Part shown: positions 17,786 through 26,312 of the stretch, one piece after another
Position numbering within the stretch: position 1 is the stretch's first letter
How the letters are laid out: each line of letters begins with the position of its first letter
Program-made: the position numbers and the translations under genes
From: a virus
Taxonomy: Duplodnaviria; Heunggongvirae; Uroviricota; Caudoviricetes
Length of the DNA: 30,105 bases
Direction: 5' to 3' (one strand)
Virus record (IMG/VR): IMGVR_UViG_3300006151_000006
Coordinates: 64,001 to 94,105 of that record
Notes under the pieces: generated by a model
The model's input: only the letters and a program-made list of their open reading frames with translations
The model's database searches: none
What the model was told of the DNA's origin: nothing

Positions 17786-18098
17786 GGTAGTTGGAATTAA
17801 ACAGAGGACAATTAATTTCGATGTTCAAGAGAAAGAAGATGGCTCATTTGAATGGGTCAGCGCAACTCTTGGATTAGGAGTATGGAACTATGGCGCAATT
17901 GTGACTGCTATTATTTACGCAAAATATAGTTCAGACCAGATTGAGGCTATTAATTCTAATATGATGCAGCTAATGCTTGATGCTACTTCAGTTCCGGAAG
18001 ATAAAGCAAAGGAATATCGTAACGAAGCACTTGAATTGCAGGCGTGGAGAAATCACGCTAAGGAATTGGCCAAGGAATATCTTGAATGTAAGCGGTAA
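17736..18098 (+). CDS. Phage tail-module protein (possible fibre-assembly chaperone)
   Basis: 120 aa ending ...ELQAWRNHAKELAKE, a type often seen after Bacteroidetes phage fibre genes. AGGAGG at 17721-17726 precedes the ATG; the gene overlaps the RT end by 50 nt. Confidence 0.65.
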   Translation: MNIQTGTTKPEAVTFVKVVGIKQRTINFDVQEKEDGSFEWVSATLGLGVWNYGAIVTAIIYAKYSSDQIEAINSNMMQLMLDATSVPEDKAKEYRNEALELQAWRNHAKELAKEYLECKR

Positions 18099-18124
18099 TA
18101 CTTAACCCATACTTGGAGCTTGTA

Positions 18125-18138
18125 CTATTCTTCATAAA
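18125..18138 (+). promoter_or_regulatory. Candidate phage late-promoter motif, copy 3 (ctattcttcataaa)
   Basis: Exact match to 1337-1350; ends 8 nt before the ATG of the second tail operon. Confidence 0.5.
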
Positions 18139-18146
18139 CACGAAGA

Positions 18147-20918
18147 ATGGCTACAATCGCACAAGGAATGATAACATTGAACTCGGTGAACGATGCTTTT
18201 TCAGTATCGCTCTCACCGAGTTCGTGCGTTATAAATGCCGACTATAATGGACAGAATCCCAAGCTGGATTATGCTTATTCTGACATTCGAGTAATTCGCG
18301 GAGAAACAGCGATGGCATTTGACAAACCCATTATTTTGAGTACGTCAAATGCCGCAACAGCCGAGATAACCAAGGTTGATACAACAACATGGCGCATCAA
18401 AATTCTGACAATTCCCACCACTGATTTGACTGGTAACTTCCAGCTTCAAATCAAGGTTGGCGATGAATTTGTCACTACCGCCACATTCTCATATACTGTT
18501 GTCCGAGAAACATCTATGTTAGATTGGATTCTTGATTGGAACGGCACATATACTGAGATTACAGGCAAATGGGTCATTACGCCTAAGATATTTGCGGGTA
18601 CGAAAAATGCAGACGGTCAGATTACTGGTGTCTATATGGGCCCATCTTTTGGCAACAATGGCAGTACCGGTCTATATGGCTACAAAAATGATGACATCAT
18701 TTTTCAGTTGACAGAAACTGGTGGAGTAATTGGGGGGTGGCAGATTAATAATGGCGGCATACAGACTGCTGATGGATATTTGAAAATTCTTTCAGAAGGT
18801 ACCATTATTTCAGCCCCAGACAATACAATGGCTTGGCAGTTGAACAAAGATGGCTCCGCATCTTTTGCCAGTGGAAAGGTCAATTTCTATAGTAATGGTG
18901 ATGCTGATTTTGAAGGCGTTATTAAGTCTACATCAGGAGAAATAGGCGGTTGGAAGATTGGAGAACACTCACTGCGAGCACCATCCATACTTATTGATTC
19001 TGTCAGTAGATATATAGGTATCTACAATGCGTCAACTTTGGTGTATTATATAGAGCCAACCGTTGACCAATTCCATCAATTCGTGAAGGTATATGGTGGT
19101 GTGGCAATGTTTTATACCAATGGCAATTCTTATGGTCTGGAAGGTTGGCTACCTTGTGGCACCACAGCGAATATTGACGATGACAAGAAAGTATTCTCGT
19201 TAGGTAGTCAAAACAGAATTGCTGGCTGGAATTTTGACAATAATGCCTTATATCTTGGTGCCAAAAACAACACTGCCAAACAGACCACTTCAGCTGATGG
19301 CTTTATAACAATTGGCACAGCCGGTATTCGTGGTAGGAATTGGTATATAGATACAGATGGAGAAATTAGCTTTGTCGGAGGCTTGCTTCATTTCACAAAA
19401 GACGGCGGCACTATTGCTGGTTGGAAACTAAATAGCAACCACTTTGCTACTTCAAAAGCCGCTTTGGTATCTGCCACTGGATATACCGGCTTGTTTTTAT
19501 CCAATACAGATTTGCCAGAAGCATATACAAATTTTGATTCTCATATCCGTAAACACGGTGGAATTTATTTAGCCATATTACCTTCAGGACCAACATTGCG
19601 CGGTCAAGATGATGAGGGGAAAATGACCTTTCAATTAACAAATTCCATAAGTTATATTGGTGGATGGTGGTTTAGTAATGAGTGTTTGTTTACTGGAGCA
19701 CAATTCACACCGTCTGGTCAATTTGCGAAAGCTGGCAATATCACACTATCGCCAGATGGTTTAAGAGGCTATAAGTTCAGACTTGAAGCAGATGGTTCTG
19801 GCGCAATAGCTGGAGGTCACATCAGTTGGAATACTAATGGCGACATCACATTAGATAGTACAGTCAAAATTGCTTGGGGCAATGTAACTGGTACGGACGG
19901 CGTTATGACCAAAGGCACATATTTTGATGCTAATGGAATTTTTACCGGGAAGATTGATGCTAATTTGATTACAACCGGTAAATTAAAGGCTGACAGAATT
20001 GATGCAGATGAACTTTTCTCTGTGGAGGGTAAATGGGCCTTGAAGCGGGATGGTTCTGGTTATTTGGCGGCAAAGAACATTGAGTGGGATCAAGACGGGA
20101 AATTGACCGTTAAAGGTCGTATTGAAGCAGACTCAGGCAGTATCGCTGGCTTTGTAATTTCTGATGGTTATATTGGTGTTGACTCTTCGTTAAATGATGA
20201 GCCTTCATCATCAAACCCACAAGCATCTTGGGCAAACTTAACGATTTCTAAAGATTTCTTGAAAGTCGGCGGGAATAAGGGCTATGTGATGTTCGGCAAT
20301 GATGTTATTCCCGGATCTGCTGGTGGTGCCTTTACAGCTGTAGGACGTATTGTTAATAATGCTCCTAATACTATGGGAAGTTATGGATTTGACCAAGCGA
20401 ATTATGGACTTTTTATTGATGTTACAGGAGGCACTAAAAATTATGGTATTTCTTCCAATGCTGCATTGTTGGCACCAGCGTTTGTTACAACAGGAGCCAC
20501 ATTTTTAACATTTGATAGTTCTGGTACATATTCTTTGGATTTTTCTCAAAATAATCTAATATTGTTGTATGCGCCTACTGCAACGAATATGACATTGCCT
20601 CAAGAAGCATCCGTAGCAAGACAATTTGGTTATTATAATAATCTTCCAGATGATTTTGTGGCAATTGTAACCATAATGCTGCGTCCCGGTTCACAATTTG
20701 TGATTCTCAAAGACATATACAACGGCACAGGATCTAAAAGCGATTATCCAATAGCGACATCCAGATATGTTTATAAAGATTGTACTTATCAGATGCAATA
20801 TGGAGGGTCGCAAGGAGTTCGTCAAATCGCTCCCTGTTGTATCACCTTAATGATTTCTAAAAAAGATGGCTTCAGATATACTTTGGTAAATTATGAATGT
20901 TCACTTGAAAAAGCCTAA
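18147..20918 (+). CDS. Tail fibre/tail-tip protein with internal beta-repeats
   Basis: 923 aa with six I[AG]G[WF]x[IFL] repeats and three DGS[AG]..A...[IV].[WF]...G repeats; lies within the tail module. Confidence 0.65.
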   Translation: MATIAQGMITLNSVNDAFSVSLSPSSCVINADYNGQNPKLDYAYSDIRVIRGETAMAFDKPIILSTSNAATAEITKVDTTTWRIKILTIPTTDLTGNFQLQIKVGDEFVTTATFSYTVVRETSMLDWILDWNGTYTEITGKWVITPKIFAGTKNADGQITGVYMGPSFGNNGSTGLYGYKNDDIIFQLTETGGVIGGWQINNGGIQTADGYLKILSEGTIISAPDNTMAWQLNKDGSASFASGKVNFYSNGDADFEGVIKSTSGEIGGWKIGEHSLRAPSILIDSVSRYIGIYNASTLVYYIEPTVDQFHQFVKVYGGVAMFYTNGNSYGLEGWLPCGTTANIDDDKKVFSLGSQNRIAGWNFDNNALYLGAKNNTAKQTTSADGFITIGTAGIRGRNWYIDTDGEISFVGGLLHFTKDGGTIAGWKLNSNHFATSKAALVSATGYTGLFLSNTDLPEAYTNFDSHIRKHGGIYLAILPSGPTLRGQDDEGKMTFQLTNSISYIGGWWFSNECLFTGAQFTPSGQFAKAGNITLSPDGLRGYKFRLEADGSGAIAGGHISWNTNGDITLDSTVKIAWGNVTGTDGVMTKGTYFDANGIFTGKIDANLITTGKLKADRIDADELFSVEGKWALKRDGSGYLAAKNIEWDQDGKLTVKGRIEADSGSIAGFVISDGYIGVDSSLNDEPSSSNPQASWANLTISKDFLKVGGNKGYVMFGNDVIPGSAGGAFTAVGRIVNNAPNTMGSYGFDQANYGLFIDVTGGTKNYGISSNAALLAPAFVTTGATFLTFDSSGTYSLDFSQNNLILLYAPTATNMTLPQEASVARQFGYYNNLPDDFVAIVTIMLRPGSQFVILKDIYNGTGSKSDYPIATSRYVYKDCTYQMQYGGSQGVRQIAPCCITLMISKKDGFRYTLVNYECSLEKA

Positions 20919-20920
20919 TA

Positions 20921-21619
20921 ATGAGAAAAGACATTGAAATACATATAAATACTGGTGACATCACTTTACCAGCTAAGAACCGGACAGTGCTTCGAGATTT
21001 CAAATGGGTTGATCAGCCCGCAAATATGGAGCAGCGATACTTGTATGGTGAAGTGACCATTCCAGCTACACAATCAGAGGAATCCATCAAGACAAAGGGG
21101 GTTTATATCGTTATTCCATACACTCCTATTTACAAGGAGTTTAAGCTACGTTTCAAACGAGAGTATGGTAGTGAGCATGATACATATATTACCAACCCTG
21201 TAGATGGTACAGAATGGTTCTTGGTGCAGGCGGGTATATATGGGCAAGAAACTGCCAATATTTATGCCTCAGAGCTGATCATAATCTCAGAAGACCGATT
21301 TTATTGCACATTTGATTGTGGACTGGTGACGTTGTATTCAGGCAATGAATCAGACTTCAATATCATCAATGCAAATACACAAAATAAGAATATGATGTTG
21401 GCTTGTGTGCCAAGCAATAATTATCGTTATCCGCTGCTTGGAGTTGGCTTGATTCGTTGGGCCAACAGCAAGATTGATGTAGCTGGCCTTGCGGAAGTAC
21501 TTCAGAGTGAATTTTCAAATGATGGTACACCGGTAATCAGTGCGGAATATGACCACGAGCAACGGAAATTGTATCTTGAACTTGACACATCGTTAGTAGA
21601 TTCAAATGGCAAAGTATAA
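20921..21619 (+). CDS. Baseplate protein, gp25/gpW-like C-terminal domain
   Basis: C-terminus YRYPLLGVGL....L..vL..EF..DG..V resembles Bacteroidetes phage gp25-like wedge proteins. Confidence 0.55.
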   Translation: MRKDIEIHINTGDITLPAKNRTVLRDFKWVDQPANMEQRYLYGEVTIPATQSEESIKTKGVYIVIPYTPIYKEFKLRFKREYGSEHDTYITNPVDGTEWFLVQAGIYGQETANIYASELIIISEDRFYCTFDCGLVTLYSGNESDFNIINANTQNKNMMLACVPSNNYRYPLLGVGLIRWANSKIDVAGLAEVLQSEFSNDGTPVISAEYDHEQRKLYLELDTSLVDSNGKV

Positions 21620-22481
21620 AGTAAAAGGATCGCAGAATCTCTATGATATTGCGCTACATTTATATGGTACAGTTGAAGGGTTGTTTGACTTGCTGATTTC
21701 CAACCCCAACTTAAATATGAATACAGAACTGATTGCTGGCATGGAGTTGGAGTATCACGACACCTTTATTATCAATCCAAGTATAGTCAATCAGCTAAAT
21801 GACAACAATATCGTGCCTGTCAATAGTGAACGTCAAGTCTATTTCAAGCATCCGGATGCGCCATTGAGAATGATTGTCAAAACACCGGCAGAACTGGATA
21901 GTTTTATGTTCTCAGTTTCTGGCGAAGGCCAAATGATTATAGACTGGGGAGACAATTCTTTATTGGAGGTTGTTGTTCTAACTCATACACAACAGATCAT
22001 AGAACATTATTTCGACAATCAAGTAGATGTTCGCAGAATCCGCATATATGGCGAATTTGACATAATGCGTCTCGATACAACCAATATGGAAGGAGAGATG
22101 TATTTGACGCAACCATTGACGGTAGATGAGTACATCTCTCAGTCAAACGACAACTATTTAGAGGGACTATTCTTGTTCAAAGGCACTTATTTGGTTGACT
22201 TGCAACGAATGTTAGTGCTTGATTTGAAACCAATCTACGATATGGAACTGTCGCAGCTAAATCTGCTGGGCGTAAAATTTCAGACAGTAGATGTTCTCGA
22301 TGATTATCTTGAGAATTTGGTGAGCAATCACCAGAATCGTCGCGCTTGTGAAGTCTGGCTTGATACCGAACCTACCGAGAGAGGTATGCAGGCGATAGAA
22401 ACTATCATCGGTGAGCCTGAATGGAATGAGCCTAACAAATGGGTTTTCCATATCAATGACAATATTTATACAGCAGAATAA
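21606..22481 (+). CDS. Baseplate protein with N-terminal LysM/gpX-like domain
   Basis: N-terminus YKVKGSQNLYDIALHLYG..EGLFDLLISNP.L....L.AG..L matches the LysM-like pattern. Confidence 0.65.
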   Translation: MAKYKVKGSQNLYDIALHLYGTVEGLFDLLISNPNLNMNTELIAGMELEYHDTFIINPSIVNQLNDNNIVPVNSERQVYFKHPDAPLRMIVKTPAELDSFMFSVSGEGQMIIDWGDNSLLEVVVLTHTQQIIEHYFDNQVDVRRIRIYGEFDIMRLDTTNMEGEMYLTQPLTVDEYISQSNDNYLEGLFLFKGTYLVDLQRMLVLDLKPIYDMELSQLNLLGVKFQTVDVLDDYLENLVSNHQNRRACEVWLDTEPTERGMQAIETIIGEPEWNEPNKWVFHINDNIYTAE

Positions 22482-23404
22482 TGGCAAGAACACTGACTGA
22501 AATATATAGCGTAGCCAAAGGCTGTCGCGACCAATATCTTCAATTGACTGAATTTCAGAATAGCTCCAAGATGTCTATTCTTGATGCTTTTACTTGGGTT
22601 ACGTCGGCTTGTATTTGGACTTTTGAGAACATTCTTGATGTATTTAAAGTTGACTTAGCCAAAGAACTCCAAAACCGCATCAATGGAACTCCAGCTTATT
22701 ACGCCAATGCTATGTTGAAATATCAGCATGGAGATGAGCTGATGATGAATGAAGAAGGTACACAGTTTTCTTACCCGACTGTTGACACTTCAAAACGTAT
22801 AATCACCAAAGTGGCATATTCTGAAAACGAGGAAGTTGGGTTTAAGGACAAAGAATTGTTGCTGAAAGTTGCGAAGGGCGAACCGGGTCATTATGAAAGA
22901 TTGTCGGATGACGAACTACTCGCAGCTCGCGCATATCTACGTCAGATTGCATTCGCAGGCACTCATTTTGTAATGGTAAGTCGAAAAGGTGATGTGCTGA
23001 TTCCACGAGTGACAGTGTACTATGATGGGGCGGTTCCAGCGGAAGAGGTATATAGCAATATCGAAAATGCTTTGAATGATTTTATTGCAAACTTGGACTT
23101 TAACGGTGTTATTTACGCCCAAAAAGTTATTGATGCAATCCAGAAGGCGGAGCATGTTGTGGATGTCTATATTGACAATTCTGCTACTGATCGGCAAGGC
23201 ATCTTTGTCGCTCAGTATGATGATGACAACAATCTAATTCCTCGCATAACAGCAAATGATGGTTCTGTAATCTCTTATGAGGAACGTGTAGAGCGTTTCT
23301 TTGTACCGAATAGCGGGTATGTCAAGGAAAGTACCGGCACAGATTTAGAAGAGACTTTGCCTACTTGGAAATCTGCAATCGTTTTGAAAATTGAAGGCGA
23401 ATGA
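22481..23404 (+). CDS. Baseplate wedge protein (J-like)
   Basis: 307 aa, with GTPAYY and FGGVIY-like (FNGVIYAQKVIDAIQ..E.V.D) segments; position before an I-like gene and the fibre. Confidence 0.6.
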   Translation: MARTLTEIYSVAKGCRDQYLQLTEFQNSSKMSILDAFTWVTSACIWTFENILDVFKVDLAKELQNRINGTPAYYANAMLKYQHGDELMMNEEGTQFSYPTVDTSKRIITKVAYSENEEVGFKDKELLLKVAKGEPGHYERLSDDELLAARAYLRQIAFAGTHFVMVSRKGDVLIPRVTVYYDGAVPAEEVYSNIENALNDFIANLDFNGVIYAQKVIDAIQKAEHVVDVYIDNSATDRQGIFVAQYDDDNNLIPRITANDGSVISYEERVERFFVPNSGYVKESTGTDLEETLPTWKSAIVLKIEGE

Positions 23405-23958
23405 GATATGCGATAAATTTCGACAGAATAATTAATCAATTGGTTCCATATTATCTTGGAGGCAGGCGATTGATATTGTTTTTGCAATCTTGTATGAAGC
23501 CCTTGCAACATGTGAATGACAGATTTGTGAGTTGGGCCAAAGAAACAAAGATTGAAGCCGCAATGACTTCTCAAATTTTCAAGTTGGAGTGGTTTTTGAA
23601 TCGAAAGTTTCAAAAATATTTTGCAGATTCCACTCAACGGATTACTATTAAAAATGGAGAGAAAATAGGCACACCTATATTCAACCAAGCGGCTTCGGAC
23701 ATTCCAGATTCAGAGCAATTCATTCTATATCAAGGACCAGAAGCTGAGGCTGAAAACACTGCACAACTTTATCATAGCAATGAGTTAACTGAAGGCGCAG
23801 CCTATAGCTTTTTAGTCTGTTGCCCTGCATTATGGAAAGACGACACTTCTCAATTGTTGCGAGATGGTATAACTGAGAAAGAGTTTCTTGCTATGTTAAC
23901 TCATTATGTGGACAAATATCGAATCTCCGGAAAAACATATAAAATCATATTCAATTAA
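23401..23958 (+). CDS. Baseplate wedge / tail protein I-like
   Basis: 185 aa, with L.P......SQ...LE.FLN.KF and a terminal Y...GK.Y.I; lies between the J-like gene and the fibre. Confidence 0.55.
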   Translation: MRYAINFDRIINQLVPYYLGGRRLILFLQSCMKPLQHVNDRFVSWAKETKIEAAMTSQIFKLEWFLNRKFQKYFADSTQRITIKNGEKIGTPIFNQAASDIPDSEQFILYQGPEAEAENTAQLYHSNELTEGAAYSFLVCCPALWKDDTSQLLRDGITEKEFLAMLTHYVDKYRISGKTYKIIFN

Positions 23959-25724
23959 TGAAAGAGTTTAGCTCGCAAACCGGTGGACGCTTCACTTATG
24001 TCGATGATGTGCTCAACCTTCAAGAATTGGCATTAGCAATATGCTCTATTTTTGATGGTTGCGACAATTTCATAGTTTCAGGCTGTGAAGTTTCGGGGTC
24101 AACAATAACACCGGGTATAGTATATTTGAATGGCAAGCTCCGCTCATTCACAGGGGCTACCGATATTCAATCGTGGCCTCAGTTCATCTATGAAGTTAAT
24201 TCGACTGAAAATATCCCATATCAGTCTGGAGGCGAGAAGGTGGGTCGAAATATATGGGGTTGCGCAATTGGTTCTGTGGTTCCTACAACCATTACAGGGC
24301 TAACCGATAGCATCCCACAAAGTATTCGCATTACCTCTGCTGGTGGGCTTCGGTTGAAAGACGCTTGGTTTGGAAAATATGCTGTCCTAAGAGAAGCATC
24401 GGCCACTTCACAGTCTGCCAAGGGTACATTATTGGTTGAGAATCTTGAAGCGACAGGAGATGTAAAGGCAAGAAATAAGATTGCATTGGCGACACTGGGT
24501 GGTAATGCCCAGATGTATTATGACGGCTCCAATATGGTTGTTGAATCGGTTGTTGATAATGGTGCCACAAAATATCGAATGGTTGCTTCTCATGGTAGTG
24601 GTGGTTTTCTGTTTTACAAGAATTCCGCACTATTGGCAACATTGACAGATACGTTGATTACATTTGCACAACCGATTAATGTATCAAAAGCAACAGTGGG
24701 GTCGCTTGGCTTTTCCAGCACAAATCTATATAACACTTCAACTGCTGCGGATAACGGTGAACTGAATATTAACCTTATTGGTTACAAAGGCGCAAACACA
24801 TATTATCGCAATACTGTGATCGGCAATGGCAAAGGTGCAAAGTTGATTAGTGTCAATGGCAAAAATGCGTGGGTTGATATGTTTACTGGCCTTACTCTTA
24901 ATTCATCTGCTGAAACTGGCATTGTATTAAAGAGCAACAAGCCTAAGTCTGATGCGTCCTTACGCAAACTAATCAGCTGGCAGGATTCAACTGACAATGA
25001 AATGGCATATTTGGGTTACGCTGATTTGGCAAACTCCATTTTCAAACTTTACAATTTGCTTGGAGCCATTCAAATTGAGGGTGTTGATTACGTTAACATC
25101 GCCCCCATTATCCAAGAAAACGGTCAGCCATTGTCTGAGAAATATGTATTGAAAACCACTTTTGACTCTTCTATTAAAGAGAAGGTGGATGCAACGTTGG
25201 TTTACACCCAGACGGAATGCAATCAGAAATTCGCTATTAAAAATGGCGGTCTGGCTCAATTTATAACAGACAATAAAAGCAAAGACACTTTATGTAGTGA
25301 GATTGGGGCATTGACTTCAAGCGACTTGTCGGGCTATCCCACTTTGGCTAACTGTTTGAGTGATATGGCTAAAGATGAAGATGCTAAAAAGAAAATTCGT
25401 GATAATATTGGAGCTGCTGGAGTTGGAGATTATCAAGCTAAATTAACAGATACTGGTTGGGTCAAAATTAGTACCACGTTGTATGCCCGTCAAATAGGCA
25501 ATGTTGTTTCCATTCAGGGGACTTTAAGCACTATTCATAGCGGCACAGTATTTACATTGCCCAATAATATCACTGCGCCCAGATATACTGTGGGGTATGA
25601 TGCTCCAATGACCGATGGTTGCTATTGGAGTTGCCGTATTGATGGCGGAAAGAAAGCCTGCACAGTTACACGATGCAACCATCACGGAATGACTGTACCT
25701 ATTTGTATAACTTATATGACATAA
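23958..25724 (+). CDS. Tail fibre protein
   Basis: N-terminal GG...DD..NLQ...IVSGCEV...PG.VYLNG baseplate-attachment pattern; C-terminal DTGW...RQIGNVV.I.G...FTLP fibre-tip pattern. Confidence 0.7.
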   Translation: MKEFSSQTGGRFTYVDDVLNLQELALAICSIFDGCDNFIVSGCEVSGSTITPGIVYLNGKLRSFTGATDIQSWPQFIYEVNSTENIPYQSGGEKVGRNIWGCAIGSVVPTTITGLTDSIPQSIRITSAGGLRLKDAWFGKYAVLREASATSQSAKGTLLVENLEATGDVKARNKIALATLGGNAQMYYDGSNMVVESVVDNGATKYRMVASHGSGGFLFYKNSALLATLTDTLITFAQPINVSKATVGSLGFSSTNLYNTSTAADNGELNINLIGYKGANTYYRNTVIGNGKGAKLISVNGKNAWVDMFTGLTLNSSAETGIVLKSNKPKSDASLRKLISWQDSTDNEMAYLGYADLANSIFKLYNLLGAIQIEGVDYVNIAPIIQENGQPLSEKYVLKTTFDSSIKEKVDATLVYTQTECNQKFAIKNGGLAQFITDNKSKDTLCSEIGALTSSDLSGYPTLANCLSDMAKDEDAKKKIRDNIGAAGVGDYQAKLTDTGWVKISTTLYARQIGNVVSIQGTLSTIHSGTVFTLPNNITAPRYTVGYDAPMTDGCYWSCRIDGGKKACTVTRCNHHGMTVPICITYMT

Positions 25725-25726
25725 AA

Positions 25727-25906
25727 ATGAAGATTCACACTGGAGTACGAGACGCAAAACGCATGGAACTCGCTGAATTGGAGGCCATGAATCGTAGTGT
25801 TATAGCCGTACAAGCAACAACATCAGATGAAAGAGAAGACACGCCGGTCGAAGAGCCAGAAGAAACCAAAAAGTCTCGGAAGAAAAAGAAAGAAGCGGAC
25901 GTTTGA
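25727..25906 (+). CDS. Small hypothetical protein (acidic middle, basic tail)
   Basis: ATG 2 nt after the fibre stop, with an A-rich leader; 59 aa; overlaps the next ORF by 80 nt. Confidence 0.45.
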   Translation: MKIHTGVRDAKRMELAELEAMNRSVIAVQATTSDEREDTPVEEPEETKKSRKKKKEADV

Positions 25907-26195
25907 TGAAACTCGAATAGGCTTCTTCTTAAAACATGAGGCTCCATTGGAATATGACCTAATTTTCAATCAGATCTGCGGAAACAGAACGCCAACCGCA
26001 GATCTGATTGAACAAATTGGCTATTCTTCACTTAATCCATTATTCAAAAAGCCAAAATTTAGAAGGGCTTTAATCGAATATCGGAAATATGGGCTATATT
26101 GCGGAAAGCCAATTACTTCTGATGCAAAAACTGAAATGTACTACATTTTGTTACGTCGGAAGACTAATCAAAAATTAGGGGGTGAGACAAAATAA
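25827..26195 (+). CDS. Hypothetical basic phage protein (possibly nucleic-acid binding)
   Basis: 122 aa with a K/R-rich N-terminus followed by a globular-looking segment FDETRIGFFLKHEAPLEY. Confidence 0.6.
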   Translation: MKEKTRRSKSQKKPKSLGRKRKKRTFDETRIGFFLKHEAPLEYDLIFNQICGNRTPTADLIEQIGYSSLNPLFKKPKFRRALIEYRKYGLYCGKPITSDAKTEMYYILLRRKTNQKLGGETK

Positions 26196-26207
26196 ATGGT
26201 CTCACCC
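26180..26207 (+). terminator. Hairpin at the end of the tail operon (possible terminator)
   Basis: 9-bp stem gggtgagac (26180-26188) / gtctcaccc (26199-26207); only a weak T-tract follows. Confidence 0.4.
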
Positions 26208-26232
26208 TTAGTGTCTAATCATAAATTATTAT

Positions 26233-26240
26233 TAACTTTG
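26233..26240 (+). promoter_or_regulatory. Bacteroidetes housekeeping promoter -7 box (TAACTTTG-CA) upstream of thyX-nrdD-nrdG
   Basis: Matches TAnnTTTG in an AT-rich intergenic region; no clear -33 TTTG. Confidence 0.5.
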
Positions 26241-26312
26241 CAATCATAACTGAAACTCGGCTTGGTTCCGAGTCCGTATATCTTCCCCTTTACATACAAT
26301 TTTCATTATCAC

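Noticed and set aside
1-25724. Tailocin or extracellular contractile injection system instead of a phage
   Set aside because: The G/GT frameshift, DGR, multiple fibres and linked thyX fit a phage, and no eCIS ATPase or duplicated tube/sheath set is seen. Head genes are outside the window, so this is not formally excluded.
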